DNA from: Octopus vulgaris
Lineage: Eukaryota
Reading direction: 5' to 3'
Length of the DNA stretch: 64,000 nucleotides
Assembly (NCBI GenBank): GCA_951406725.2
Contig: OX597823.1
Span: 15,686,001 to 15,750,000 of the forward strand
Position 1 is the stretch's first letter; each line of letters begins with the position of its first letter. Shown one piece after another: positions 26,732 through 40,192 of this stretch. The position numbers were made by a program, and so were the translations under genes. The notes under the pieces are model-generated. The model made no database searches. It was not told the origin of the DNA and saw only the letters and a program-made list of their open reading frames with translations.

Positions 26732-27219
26732 CATGTAACTGACCAGACAATCAGATATTGTTACACATCACTGGTCACAATGCACTTTGCATTGCTTTAG
26801 CCTTTGTTTGAAGCCACCCTGCTGGCTAGATCAGCAGGTCAACATTTCCCTCTGACTGAAAGGGGGATTTGAGCACCAAGAAATGAAGTGTCTTGCTCAA
26901 GAACAGGATGTACCACCCAGTCTGGGAATTGAACCCATGGTCTAGCAATTTTGAGTGCAACAGCCTAACCACTTGGCCACTCACCTCCCCCCCACACACA
27001 TGCATATAAATGAGTGCCACCTCATGTAAGCATTGTCCTTCATTGTCAATCTTCAGTGTAAACTTGTGTAGTCATTCATGGGTAAATATCCTCTTACATG
27101 GAAATAGATGAGGGCTGGTGATAATAGTGGCATCTAACCATGGAAAATCTTTAACAAATCCCATCCAACTCATACAAACATCGGTGTTAAAATGATGACA
27201 ATGATGATGATGATTTATT

Positions 27220-27265
<46 letters not shown>

Positions 27266-27599
27266 TGTGTCTGTATATGTTTGTGTGTCTGTGTTTGTCC
27301 CCCAGCATTGCTTGATAACCGATGCTGGTGTGTTTACGTCCCCGTCACTTAGCGGTTCGGCAAAACGGACCGATAGAATAAGTACTGGGCTTACAAAGAA
27401 TAAGTCCCGGGGTCGATTTGCTCGATTAAAGGCGGTGCTCCAGCATGGTCACAGTCAAATGACTGAAACAAGTAAAAGAGTAAAAGAGTAAAGAGTATAC
27501 ATTAATTAAAGAAGTACATCCTTACAATTAATACAACTGTTTCAATACATATTGTATTTATGAGATCAAAAGGGAAAATTCTTGTTTGATCTCTGCTGA

Positions 27600-28420
27600 G
27601 CTACAGCATATAATTGAAACAGTTAAATTACCTGTAAGGATATACATCTGCTATCAGATTATTTTCAGGAAACGTTCACAATATAATGAAGTCCATTGTT
27701 CAGCTGTGATCTTTTGGTCTTTGTTATTTCATATTTATACCGTATGCATGGTGTGTCCTTGTCTTGATTTTAACTTAACCCTTGTCACACTGACGTGATG
27801 TCACTGGTCTTAGCCTTTTCTGTCTTTATTGCAACATGGAAATACTCTGATGAACTTTCTCTCTTGGTTTCTGATCACTTTGTGCCATCTTGCCTGACTT
27901 CAAACTCACAGTGCTTTTATCCAAATACTGTTGTGCCTCCACAAATAAAGCAATCTTTCTATGGTTGTAGTTGCCAGACTTTGGAACTCTCTTCAATCTT
28001 ATTGTTTTCCTCCTTCTTACGACCTGAACTCTTTCAAGTCTAAAGTAAATCCATTCCTTTTGCCTTAATTTTCCATTCTTCATAGTCCCTTACACCAAGT
28101 ATAAGGACTTTCAAAAAAGCAAAAAAAAAAAAGCAGGGGTGATCAACTGAATAACCTACTCATTGAATTAACATGCAAAGTGACTGAATATTCCACAAGT
28201 TCTTGCACCCTTAATGTAATTACTTGCAAGTAACCTTGCTATTCTGTGTTGGGGAAAACATTTATAGAATTGGTTTGCTTCTGTTTGATCTGGAAAATAG
28301 CAAATGGAAAGACATCTAAGAAAACTCATAACACAGATCAATGCAATATGGTTTGTCAACTGCGACTTTCAGACTATCAGCAAAGTGAAATGCTGCCTTT
28401 CAGTAAATGAATTAACATCC
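27600..28420 (-). mobile_element. Possible highly degraded DNA transposase relic
   Basis: Broken-frame fragments KDCFICG..EVRQ and IADVYP. Weak evidence. Confidence 0.25.
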
Positions 28421-28904
28421 TAATGCTGCAGCGTGTATTGAGTAGTTACTATACATCATATGTTTGACACAGTCCAATGCATAGAAATAAATAAATAAAT
28501 GATAAATAACACACAAGGGATGATGTTATAGAAGTAATGTAACTCAAAACAGACAGTAAAAGAAATAATATATCACATATTTGCTTAATCGCTTGTTGAG
28601 TAGAGTGTTACAGTGGAAGCATGCAGGAGCCATAACCCAGATCAAAACTATGCTCTGTGAAGAAATGGATACTATTTTTGATGCTGTTTTTCATGTATCA
28701 GTTGTCACAACTGACATGTCTACAAATATATCAACCATATACATGTATATATATATCTACAGAGGCTGGAACAAATTATATTATGCAATAGAAATTCATT
28801 CAGGCTGAAAGGGTCACCACCTAATCCAAAGTAATGAGGTCTTCAGAGATGACAACAACAACAGGACTTTCCACTTAGAATATAGTATACTTTTATCATT
28901 CAGC

Positions 28905-29127
28905 CTTACTCTTTTTTACTCTTTTACTTGTTTCAGTCATGTGACTGTGGCCATGCTGGAGCACCGCCTTTAGTCGATCAAATCGACCCCAGGACTTATT
29001 CTTTGTAAGCCTAGTACTTATTTTATCAGTCTCTTTTTTGCTGAACCGCTAAGGTACAGGGACGTAAACACACCAGCATCAGTTGTCAAGTGATGTTGGG
29101 GGGACAAACACAGACACACAAACACGC

Positions 29128-29173
<46 letters not shown>

Positions 29174-29340
29174 TTACGATGGGCTTCTTTCAGTTTCCGT
29201 CTACCAAATCCACTCACAAGGCTTTGGTTGGCCCAAGGCTATAGTAGAAGACACTTACCCAAGGTGCCACGCAGTGGGACTGAACCCAGAACCATGTGGT
29301 TCATAAGCAAGCTACTTACCACACAGCCACTCTTACGCCT
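28905..29340 (-). mobile_element. Full-length tRNA-derived SINE with internal (TA)n and (AAAAGAGT)n tail
   Basis: Matches copies at 60884-61296 and 48050-48495. Confidence 0.88.
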
Positions 29341-30288
29341 AGCCTTATTTATTTATATTTATATAAAACAATACCATCTTGCTCAAGTTGCAACCCCGAC
29401 TTCCACATACCTGAAGGAGGGATACCAGCTCGTCTCTGAATATCAAAATATAGGGCGAAGTATCTATAGTTTTGTCTTGCTTACTTCAGTTTTCACATTT
29501 TGATTTTGATTTTGAGTTTTATGTAGTCATTGGCTATGGTTGGTTAGAAAGTTACCATTGATTTCATGTCTATTATTGCTCTTAGCAGTACAGATGACAC
29601 ATCAGACCTGCTGGCTGAGACAGGATGAAAGAGAGGTCAAGTGAGAAATAGAAATAAATTCTCTCCAAACTCTTTAAATAAATCAACCTATTAAAGAAAC
29701 ATTTCATACACACAAGGACCTTGTTTGTACAAGGAAAGTGAATTGGATATATATATTTGATTGTTTTTTTCTTTTTAGCCAGGAAATGGCATATAATGTG
29801 ATGAAGTGTTAATGACCTGACAAAATTAGTAAATCAGGCTAGTCTAGTGAAAATGTATGGCAGTATGTACACCAAAATCTGAAGAGAGGCATTATTTAGC
29901 AAGTTTGAACTTTAAGCATTTACATTAACCTTTCCAACTCAAATAACTAAATTGTAGTAATGATAAATAATGATTTCTTTCTTAGGAATACAGAAATAAT
30001 TTTTGTGGTATTTGTAGTTGGTTTAATCTACCTCGTATTTGATTGTTACATAGAATAGTGAACTCCAAAAGGAAAAATGATAGATGAAAAGCCAAATTGA
30101 CTTTACTAGGATTTGATCTAAGAACATAAAGAGGAGTAGCTAAATACTACAAAGCATATTATCCTGTGGTCTTCTAATTTTACAAGAGTGAGATGATGAT
30201 GAGAGTAGTGAGGCAGGATTAACTAATTTAATAAACTTGGCCTGAAGTAATACATACACAGATACATATGAGTATATGAATTGATGTA

Positions 30289-30334
<46 letters not shown>

Positions 30335-30344
30335 AGTCAGTAAA

Positions 30345-31420
30345 TGGTGGGGTTGTGTTAACCGCATGTGGAGAAATGATAGTAGAGAAAAAATTATAAT
30401 AAGGCAGAATGCTAAATTGAAGGTAAATTTTAATAAAAATGGGTGTATGAAAAATTAAAAAAGAAAAAACAATAAACCAAACTGGCTTTCATTGCAAGGC
30501 AAATTTTCATGATTTGGAAGGGGAAAAATTTTTTTTAAATTGAAGAAGGGGACAAAGAAATTTACAATGTTTTTTCAAAAAAATAATAATACATATATAC
30601 AAAAAATAATAGATAAGTATACCAATACATTGTAGAATCTTTATGCTCTTAGAGTTCAATAATAGTCCTTGGAAAAACCTCTTTGGAGGATTAGGATGCA
30701 TGTGTTTAAATGTAGTGTATATTTTGAAAGAGTGGGGTAATTGTGTGTCAAAACAGGAAATGGGGTAGGAGTTATTTAGTTCCTGTGAGTAAGGGGAGAC
30801 AATTTTGTGGATTTTATGCTCTTTAATTGGAATGATGGATTTTTTGTCAAACAGGATGCTTATATCAATTTTTTGTCAGATAGGATGCTAGAAAAAGGAG
30901 AATGGTCACTGTGGAGTTTGCATATTAAGACGTGTTTGGAATTTTTCAATAAAAAGATTCTCCTTGTTGATTCTTTCTTGTGTAGAAATTCTGTCTTTAC
31001 ATGTTGAACCGTCCAACCCATGCTAGCATGGAAAGCGGACGTTAAACGATGATGATGATGATGATGATTGGTAGAAAGTGAATATGTGAAATTTGGGATT
31101 TTTATCTCTAGCGCAAGAGTCTATGTGGCTACTGAGTGGAATTTGACAGTATTGTGGGAGATTTATCTGTTCTTTATGGACTGCTACTCTTCTGCGTAAA
31201 GGAAGGCTCATTCCTCCAACATAATTGTATTGGCAACCAGTGCATGTGAGAACATCGATGAGGTTCTTGGAGGAATTTTGTTCCATGTTTGAAAGTAAAT
31301 TCAGAGCCTTCAAGTATTCTGATCAAAATATCAGAATTCAGTCTATACATAAATGCAAGAATAAAATTCTTCGTCTTCATAGGGCATTTGAATTAAAGCA
31401 ACAGATCTTCATCAGAGTGA
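30345..31420 (-). mobile_element. Penelope-like element fragments, including a GIY-YIG endonuclease (~31069-31290), interrupted by an RTE tail at ~31005-31068
   Basis: SSKNLIDVLTCTGCQYNYVGG...LRRRVAVHKEQI...LSSHIDSC fits a PLE GIY-YIG domain with its CCHH residues. Confidence 0.75.
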
Positions 31421-31469
31421 AAAACAAGAGCATGCCATGTTTTCTTTCCTTTTCCTTCTTCCTTTTGTA

Positions 31470-32550
31470 TGGAAGTCCTTCCTCTCCCTCCTTTCCTTCC
31501 TTCCCTTCCTGGGAACTTTCCAGGAAGTACCTCCTCCCCATCCCCACCTTAGAACTTTCCAGGAAGTCATTCCTCTCCCTCCCCTTCCTCCCTTACTCCT
31601 CAGCCTCCCCTCCCTACTTCCTCGTCTTTCTCCCCGTCTTTGAAACTTTCCAGGAAGTCCCTCCTCCACACCCCCCTGCCTTTTTAGGGAGTCTCTATCC
31701 CACTCCTCGGAAATTTCCACGAAGTCCTCACTACTTCTCAGAACTTTCCAGGAAGTCATTCCTCCCCTTCCTCGGAACTTTCCAGTAAGTTTCTCCACTT
31801 CCCACTTCCTCCACTTCCTCAGAACATTGCAAGAAGTCCCTCATCACCTCTTCTCCCTCGGAACATTTCAAGAAGTCCCTCATCCCCTTCCTCCTCTCCT
31901 CCTCGGAACTTTCTAGGAAGTCTCTCGTCCCCTTCCTCCCCTCGGAATTTTCCTGGAAGTCCCTCCTCTCTTTCCTCAGAACTTTCAAAGAAGTCTTTTC
32001 TCCACTTCCTCGGAACATTTCAGAAAATCCTTATCCTTCTCCTCGGAACTTTCCAGAAAGTCCTTCCTCTCCCTCCTTCTTCCTTCCTCCTCTCCTTTCT
32101 CCCACTCATCGGAACTCTCGAGGAAGTCCCTACCCCTCCTTGTAACTTTCCAGGATATCCTTCCTCCCATACATCTTCCTCGCAACTTTCAGGAAGTCCT
32201 TCCCCTCCAATTCCTTGGAACTTTCCTGGAAGTCCCTCCACTCCTTCCTAGTATCTTTCCAGGAAGTCCTTATGCTCTCCTTGGAACTTTGCAGGAAGTC
32301 CTCCCTCCCCTTCCTCGACAATTTCGAGGCAGTACTTCCTCCCTTCCTCGGTATTCCCCAGGAAGTCCCTACCCCTCAGAACTTTCCAGGAAGTCCTTCC
32401 TCCTCTTCCTCGGAACTTTTCAAGAAGCCCCTCTCCCCTTCCTCAGAACTCTCCAGGAAGCCCCTATCCCCTCCTCGGAACTTTCCTGGAAGTTCCTACC
32501 CCATCCTTGGAACTTTTCAGGAAGTTCTTCTTCCCCTTCCTTAGAACTTT
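31470..32550 (+). repeat. Minisatellite: conserved CTCGGAACTTTCCAGGAAGTCC motif with variable C/T-rich spacers
   Basis: Roughly 25-30 recurrences at ~35-45 bp period, counted by eye. Confidence 0.9.
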
Positions 32551-33670
32551 TCTCTTTCACTTTTTCTCACTCTCTTTCCTTCTCTCTTACGTTCCCTCAG
32601 AAACATTTCAAAGCACAAAATGATTGCCATCACCACTCACTGTCTCTTTCACTCTCTCTCTTTCTCTTTCACTCTCTCACTCTCACTCTCTTTCTCTTCT
32701 ATGTCCTCTCTGAAACATTTTCCACAACGAATGCCATCACCACTCATTGTCTCTTTCATTCTCTTTCTTTCTCTCTCATTCCCTATCTTTCTCTGAAACA
32801 TTTAAAAACAAAAAGCGAATGCCGTCACCACTGATGTCTATTTCACTCTCTCTCTCTCTTTCTTTCTCACTCTCTCACTCTCTCTTTCTCTCTCACAATC
32901 TCTCACTCCCTCTCTCTTTCTCTCTTACTCTCTCTATCTCTCCTCCGCTCTCTCGCTTTGCCACTTCAAAGATGTGTGACACACACAACAGGTACGTACA
33001 AAAACAAAAAGTTAGCGTATTAATATTATTGATAGAAATTTATCATTTAACCATCATTCTGAGCTCATCCATTCTTCATTGTAAGGTTTAGCACTTAAAA
33101 TATGTGGTTTCCAATTTATAGACAATACATTATTTTGGAAGGTTTGGCTGCTTCATAGAGTAGATTAAACCAGATAGAATTTATCTTCCTTGATCATTAG
33201 AAAAAAAAACAAAAACAAAACAAAACAAAACAAGAATACAAAAAAAAAAAACAAACAAGTATGAAAACAAAAAAAAAAACAACAACAAAAATTAGATGCT
33301 TTACAGATAAAATTCCAAGGTTCTTTACTGATTAAATTCCAAGTCTTATCAACATTATCTCAGGTTTTACCTGACCTGGAGAATCTGTAATAAACTCAAT
33401 GACATAAAGATGTCTCATAGATAGACGTATATTAATATGACTATATAGAGATAAGGTGGCAAGCTGGCAGAACCATTAGCACGCTAGACAAAATACTTAG
33501 TGATATTTCCTCTGTCTTTATGTTCAGAGTTCAAGTTCTGCTGATGTTGACTTTGCCCCTCATCCTCTTGAGATTGATAAAATTATGACTAGTCAAACAC
33601 AAGGATTACTGTAATTGACTATCCCACTCCCTCAAAATTTTAAGCCTCGTGTCTACAGTAGAAAGCATTA

Positions 33671-34080
33671 CCATATATACTGGACTATAAAACCCCCTTA
33701 TCTATAAGATGCACCCCCAACTTACAAGGTTCAAATTGGGAATTTAATCATTGGCCCAACTATAAGTTGCAGTGACATTTTTTGATGTTGGAGAGCAAAG
33801 TTCGATTAGGAATCGTGCTGACATAGTTGCTGTTTAGTAACTGAGCTTTCGGTAAGCTGAAGATGACTTGCAACAACTGTTATCTCATGCATTTTAGAAA
33901 CCATTGTTTATAATGTAAAATTTTTTCCTTTTCGATTATTCCAAGTTTCAGAACTTCAGATATGGCTTGTACTTAGAGAATATCTGAAGATTTTTTATTG
34001 GATGTGCTTATAAATCACACTCCCTAATTTAGGTGAAAATTTCAGGGAAAAAAGTGTGACTTATAGCTGAGTATATATAG
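33671..34080. mobile_element. Tc1/mariner-pogo-like MITE
   Basis: Imperfect TIRs CCATATATACTGGACTATAA / TTATAGCTGAGTATATATAG, flanked by TA. Confidence 0.65.
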
Positions 34081-34224
34081 TATTATAAATATAGAGAAAT
34101 TAGTCAGTTGGTTTATGAAAATAGATCAACTTTTTTATGAATTCCTTTATTGACTTATGGCAACTCATTATAAACCATGCCAGAAAATTTCTTGCAGTAT
34201 TATATATATATATTATATATACAT

Positions 34225-34315
<91 letters not shown>

Positions 34316-34486
34316 TACAAAGTGAGATAGGGGTTGTGAGTGTAACCCACTATGGGATATCAGTTATCCATTATACTGCTAGTGAAGTACCCAAAAGGCA
34401 AATATATAAATGCTTATAATTGCAATGCAATTAATTCATTTATTGTATTAGATGGGCGAAGGTAAAATATTTTACCTCAAATTCAT

Positions 34487-34764
34487 AATACAAATAAGAA
34501 AATGGAGGAACAGATTCATTTCAATCATCGACTTACAGATATTACCAATTCATATTATTTATTAACTACTTAAATAGGAACATCCAAATCCAACAGAATA
34601 AAACAGAATAAAACAATATACATCAATAAGTAAGATAATACCATTGTTTTATTCTGTTGGATTTGGATGTTCCTATTTAAGTAGTTAATAAATAATATGA
34701 ATTGGTAATATCTGTAAGTCGATGATTGAAAGGAATCTGTTCCTCCATTTTCTTATTTGTATTA
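34487..34764. repeat. Inverted repeat (~120-bp arms), probable PLE pseudo-LTR remnant next to (TA)n
   Basis: CAAATAAGAAAATGGAGGAACAGATTC...AATAAAACA mirrored at 34644-34764. No intact hammerhead core. Confidence 0.75.
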
Positions 34765-34780
34765 TATATATATATATATG

Positions 34781-34832
<52 letters not shown>

Positions 34833-34834
34833 GG

Positions 34835-34869
<35 letters not shown>

Positions 34870-34894
34870 CTTTATTTAAAGCAGCAGAAAATTC

Positions 34895-34948
34895 AACAAA
34901 ATCTGTTACTCTGAGTTTCTCGTTGCCGTTCATCAGACAGTTTTTGCT
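34895..34948 (-). ncRNA. Type-I hammerhead ribozyme motif (Penelope-like)
   Basis: CAAAAACUGU-CUGAUGA-ACGGCAACGA-GAAAC-UCAGA-GUA/ACAGAUUUUG. The stem II closing pair is A.A in this copy. Confidence 0.75.
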
Positions 34949-34955
34949 ATATATG

Positions 34956-35037
<82 letters not shown>

Positions 35038-35048
35038 TATATATACAT

Positions 35049-35146
<98 letters not shown>

Positions 35147-35559
35147 ACCTATTAACTACCTACCTATACATAGATACAAACCTAATACATATATAAAAGC
35201 ATACAGACATACAAACACACACACACACACACACACACACAAATACATATACATACACAAACACACATACATACACCTCCCCATACACACACATATGACC
35301 CTTTTCAGTAGTTCCAAGACTGGTGAGAAGGAAGATATCCCCAAAGTAGAAACCCCTGAATGCTTGCAACAGAGTGAACACCACTAAAGGTACCCCAGGA
35401 TCAAATGGTAGTGTTACACTGGTACACTGGGCAACAGATTAAGTGTACATTCCATGTAGGCTATGGAAGGATTGGAACTCAGAATACAAAGAACTGAAAC
35501 AAATATACCAAGGCATCTTATTCAATGTTATGTATGCCTCTTCTATTTTTTAATTATTA

Positions 35560-36312
35560 TAAATCTTCCACTGCGGAGGGAGCTGGTTTCCAACAAAGAT
35601 ACAAAGCTCCATCTTTGGGATGTAGTTAATACAGACAAATTGGAATTTGAGAAAAGTCTTGCATATTCTTGCTGTTACATTCACAGATTGCACTTGTATT
35701 GTACGATTTAGCTGGCCAATTTCTCTTTCTGAAAATCCCAGTTTATCCAGATTCTCCTTTAAGCATTTACTAACAAAACCTAGTGCTCCAATTATTATTG
35801 GTATGAATATGAATTCATAGTCTGGATATAGAAGCTGGAGGTTTCAAAGCAGTTGTCCATAGATATCCTCTTTTTCTTTGATTTTCAAGGAGATATTTAT
35901 ATCTGCAGGGCAACTGACCTCTATGATGGTACATACCTTTGCCCCTCTGTCCCAAACAACAATATCCGGCCTGTTATGTTTACATTTGACGGAAGTTTTG
36001 ATGGGAATATTCCACTAGTATTCCTTGAGTTGATGTTTTATTAATGTATTTCATAACAGAGGGCTTTTCTAAGTCTATTTCAGGACAATCCGTTTTGTGG
36101 ATGGCAATGTAAATTGCTTTAGCAGCAACATCCTGCCGCATAGAAAAGTAGTACCGTGACAGCATTTTAGGACAGCTGCTAATCACATGTGTGATGTCTT
36201 CCACAGAAACATGGCATGGCCTACACATGCAGTTTCACCTTGGGATTACAAGAACATCACTGTCTCTCTTGTTCACCAGGTACTTAGTGGCAATTTCCTG
36301 TTCCTAGATTGC
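35560..36312 (-). mobile_element. 3' fragment of an R4/NeSL-type LINE with restriction-like endonuclease
   Basis: CCHC knuckle CRPCHVSVEDITHVISSC, then HNRPDIVVWD..IIEVSCPAD..KIKEKEDIYG..IPIIIGALG (RLE motif). Confidence 0.85.
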
Positions 36313-36361
36313 AAATGCACAGCCTTCAAAGTGTGATGTATGTATGTATGTACGTATGTAC

Positions 36362-36392
<31 letters not shown>

Positions 36393-37199
36393 TGTACGTA
36401 CGTACATACGTACATACATATGTATGTATGTATCTATCTATGTAGGTACCTATATACGTATGTATGTACTTATACATACATACACATGTATGTATTATAT
36501 CAATGACCAAGAGACAAAAAGAACAGGAATTACCAAATCACTTTCATTAGCTTACAACTGTTTCTACTAAATGTCAAATGGGTATGCAGCTCTGAATGCA
36601 ATCTTTTCACAGCAGAAACATCTGCATGCTAATGAAAGTGGTTATGCAATTCCTGTTCATTTTCATCTTTCATTAATAGATGTTACTCTTTGTATTCCCT
36701 GTATGGTTTATTCTAAAGTATAAGCATACTGGGTTTTAACAACTGGTTATTAGTATTACTATGCCTTAGCAAAATCATAATATATATATTTAGATAGATA
36801 TAATTGTGTCAAGGACCTATAATCCTTTGAGGGATGCTAGCATCTTAGTTCTTTGGTTTATACTAGTGTTCAGTGAAAACCAAATATATTAGTTTTGCAT
36901 TGATATATATATATAGGTATTTAAAATATTTATGAATGAGAAAACAAGAAAATGGAGAAAGAAACATTTTTTTTAATATGCATTTGAGTATCGCTGAATA
37001 AACTGATATCTGCATGCCAATTTTTCCATTTTCTTCCTTTTCTAATATATCATCATCATCATCATCATCGTTGTCGTTGTTGTCATCATCGTCATCATCA
37101 TTTAATGTCCGTCTTCCATGCTAGCATACATACATGTACCTGAATAATAAGCACACTCTAAAGTATAGAGTCCATCATATATATATATATATATGTATG

Positions 37200-37300
<101 letters not shown>

Positions 37301-37334
37301 GAGGCAGAAGTTTGGAGTAATGCTTCAAGATAGC

Positions 37335-37425
37335 TTAACTGAGAAGAAAAATTACACTGGGTTATGTGAAAGCAATTTCAAAAGATATGTAAACCACCTA
37401 TCTTCTTTCTGTTATATCAATAAAA
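37335..37425 (+). mobile_element. Penelope GIY-YIG fragment
   Basis: [22 protein letters not shown] resembles the YIG..FK.R..NH..SF segment. Confidence 0.55.
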
Positions 37426-37429
37426 ATAA

Positions 37430-37600
37430 TCATCATCATTGTTCGACCGTGTTCGAGACAATGGAATTTACTATGTTACGCCAGGCTTAACGGTCCATCA
37501 TAGCATTACAGAGGTCCTGTTGCTGGATGCCTGTATCCCTGGAGATTACATCAGAGTAAGAGAGTCTGGTATCACGAGCAGATGGCTTAATTTCTACTCT
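37430..37600 (-). mobile_element. RTE LINE 3' end fragment (second family)
   Basis: LSYSDVISRDTGIQQQDLCNAMMDR*AWRNIV, followed by a (GAT)n tail. Confidence 0.65.
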
Positions 37601-38730
37601 TCTCCTCTGGAAGCCACCTGCTCGCTATACAAAAATAAAGCTACATATGGAGTTTGAAGACCAACTGTACACCACATGGAATCATAGAGAAATCCATACC
37701 ATATGGTAAAGGATCCAAGAAATGCAACTGATGCATAGCTGAAAGATTGCATATTCTTTTTAGATCTAAGAACTCCACTGCACTACTGCATTCCAGATCC
37801 CAAATCTTTAGCAAATGCAAACATATGGACAAATTTCTTTTTGTAAACTAAAGGAAACCACTCTTTCTAGGCTGAGCAGCTGTCTTGCAGACTTTGGATC
37901 CCTCTCTGTTGAATTATTCTACATCAACTAGTTGAATTATGGCTTTACAGTCAAAGGGGACATAACTCTAATTTTTTCTTTTTCTTTTTCTTTTCCTGTT
38001 TTTGTTTACCTTTTCATCTTTTATATCTACCTTCTCCTCATTTTTTGTCTCATGATTTCTCTCATACCAGTGTCTTGATCTGCAAATTAAATAGAAAATG
38101 TGCTCAAAGCCTAAAGATTACTTGGAGACACAATGTGTGTTAGAAAAACCTGCCTGTAACCAGTTTCTCCAAAGCAAGGAACTATTATTAGCTTGTATCT
38201 TCATACTGTTTACATTAAATGATATTTATTGCTCATTAGATGAAGTACTTTTTTAGTTGATCTTACCTTAACAGAACAGTTGACTATATATACATGTGTA
38301 TGCATGCATGCACATGTGTGTGTGTGTATATATATATAACTCTTTTACTTGTTTCAGTCATTTGACAGGGGCCATGCTGGAGCACCGCCTTTTGTCGAGC
38401 AAATCGACCCCAGAACTTATTCTTTGTAAGCCTAGTACTGTTTCTATCAGTTTCTATCAGTTTCTATCAGTCTCTTTTACGGGGACGTAAACACACCAGC
38501 ATCAGTTGTCAAGTGATGTTGGGAGGACAAACACAGACACACAAACACACACACACACAGATAGATAGGTAGATAGATATAGATATATACGACGGGCCTC
38601 TTTCAGTTTCCGTCTACCAAGTCCACTCACAAAGCTTTGGTTGGCCCAAAGCTATAGTAGAAGACAGTTGCCCAAGGTGCCACACAGTGGGACTGAACCC
38701 GGAACCATGTGGTTCATAAGCAAGCTACTT

Positions 38731-40192
38731 TATTTTATTAAATTTGCCATAAAGGCAATACACAGAGGGGACACTACAACACATGTGGGGACATATAACA
38801 ATTAAAAATAAAATATGATATAATGAATGAACATGAAAATGCACATGAAGAACAAATTGAAATATGATAATATGAATGATATCTGAAAATGATATTATGA
38901 AGAGTGTGCTACTCACCCCACACTGAGTAACACAACTCGCTGTCTCTGGGTCCTGAGTCCTTTTTCTCTTTTTGTCCAATCCTTTTTCCTTTTTCACTGT
39001 CACTTAATGATAACATTCTCTCCGTCATGCATTCATAACCTTTTTCACCGGGAGTGGGATCTTCTAAATTTTGTGGTGTCTGTTCTTTCTTTTTCTTTTT
39101 TTCTTGAGGGGAAATGGGGGAGGGTGGGTTTGGTGTTTGTATGGGAGGGGTGGGTCTGAGTGGTCTTGGGTGGGATGGGGTTAAACTGGGGTGCCACATC
39201 ATACTCAGTGTCTTTTCTTTTTTTCCTCTTTCTCCTATTGCGCTCTGCAATTTTCCATTCTTCCTCTTTTTTATTGTTTCCTTTGTCTATTTTGTCTTCC
39301 TCTCTTTTCTCTTCTCTCTCCGCAACTATATCCTCAGCCATAGTCCTTCGTAGAGGGCAGTATGCTCTAATGTGGCCAAAAGGGCCACATTTAAAACAAT
39401 GTGGTACTCTGCCCTCTACCCCCACCCTCAGCACGATTTCCCCCAGCGTCACAGTCTCTGCCAAGTTCTCAAGATATCCCTCCTCCGTCTGAATAATTAA
39501 CTCGAGCGACCTTCCTTTCCACCCTCCTTCTTCCGTTTCCATGGCCTGGAGGACAGCCACCTTCTCCTCGCTTTCAACAATGACAGCTGTCACTACCCAA
39601 GCCACATTTATATCAGGTGGAATTCCTTCTACCCTTATCTTGGAAGTCCTTCTTCCAAGATACGTGGGTAGAAGGACCATTTCCTTCGTCTTTACCGTTT
39701 TGCTCGCCAGCCTCCTTGCCTCCTCCTCTGTTCTAAACTGGACTACCATTGTCCCATATTGGCATCCTCTTATCATGTATATTACTCCATTGGATTCCTC
39801 CTTTACTGCCTTTTCTATTTTCTCTATTTCTATTAGGTCGGCCTTCTTACTCTTTATCGAGTAAACTTTGTATATGACCGTTCTTCTTTTTATGCCATCC
39901 ATTATTCTTTGTGGGGGTGACAACGTCACATTGCCGCCCACTTTCTGCACCATTTTTCCATGCACCTTCATTCTTGATAAATCCACCTTTTTTCTCTTCA
40001 CTTCCACAGCCTCTGCGAAACTCTTCGTTTTCTTCAAATATTCATCCATGCCTTCTACTGATCTCAGCAGCTCCTCCTCTGAAGAAGACAGCTCAGACCC
40101 GCTAATGTCTGAGTACATTGTCTTACCGTAGCAACAAAACCGACGTCCGACTCGCACACAAACGACAAACCAAATGCACTATGGGTAACTGG
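38731..40192 (-). mobile_element. ORF1-only (HAL1-like) non-LTR retroelement, L1/Tx1-type
   Basis: 13-bp TSD AAGCAAGCTACTT (38718-38730, 40193-40205). 3' end AATAAAATAAA. Single gag-like ORF, no EN or RT. Confidence 0.85.
39045..40118 (-). CDS. LINE ORF1p-like nucleic-acid-binding protein (357 aa from the first ATG; RRM-like region plus CCHC zinc knuckle)
   Basis: Open frame with KSFAEAV, MVVQFRTEEEA, KIRVEGIPPDI, CFKCGPFGHIRAYC and a basic low-complexity tail (EEWKIAERNRRKRKK). Confidence 0.85.
   Translation of the reverse strand: MYSDISGSELSSSEEELLRSVEGMDEYLKKTKSFAEAVEVKRKKVDLSRMKVHGKMVQKVGGNVTLSPPQRIMDGIKRRTVIYKVYSIKSKKADLIEIEKIEKAVKEESNGVIYMIRGCQYGTMVVQFRTEEEARRLASKTVKTKEMVLLPTYLGRRTSKIRVEGIPPDINVAWVVTAVIVESEEKVAVLQAMETEEGGWKGRSLELIIQTEEGYLENLAETVTLGEIVLRVGVEGRVPHCFKCGPFGHIRAYCPLRRTMAEDIVAEREEKREEDKIDKGNNKKEEEWKIAERNRRKRKKRKDTEYDVAPQFNPIPPKTTQTHPSHTNTKPTLPHFPSRKKEKERTDTTKFRRSHSR

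Noticed and set aside
29405-29455. CUGAAGG-stem-GAAU hammerhead-like motif
   Set aside because: Core altered at A9 and A15.1, with no convincing stems I or III.
31470-32550. CRISPR-like repeat/spacer layout
   Set aside because: Eukaryotic context, degenerate repeats, low-complexity C/T spacers and no cas genes.
37620-38085. Possible minus-strand coding exon with a hydrophobic segment
   Set aside because: Stops in all frames and no recognisable homology.
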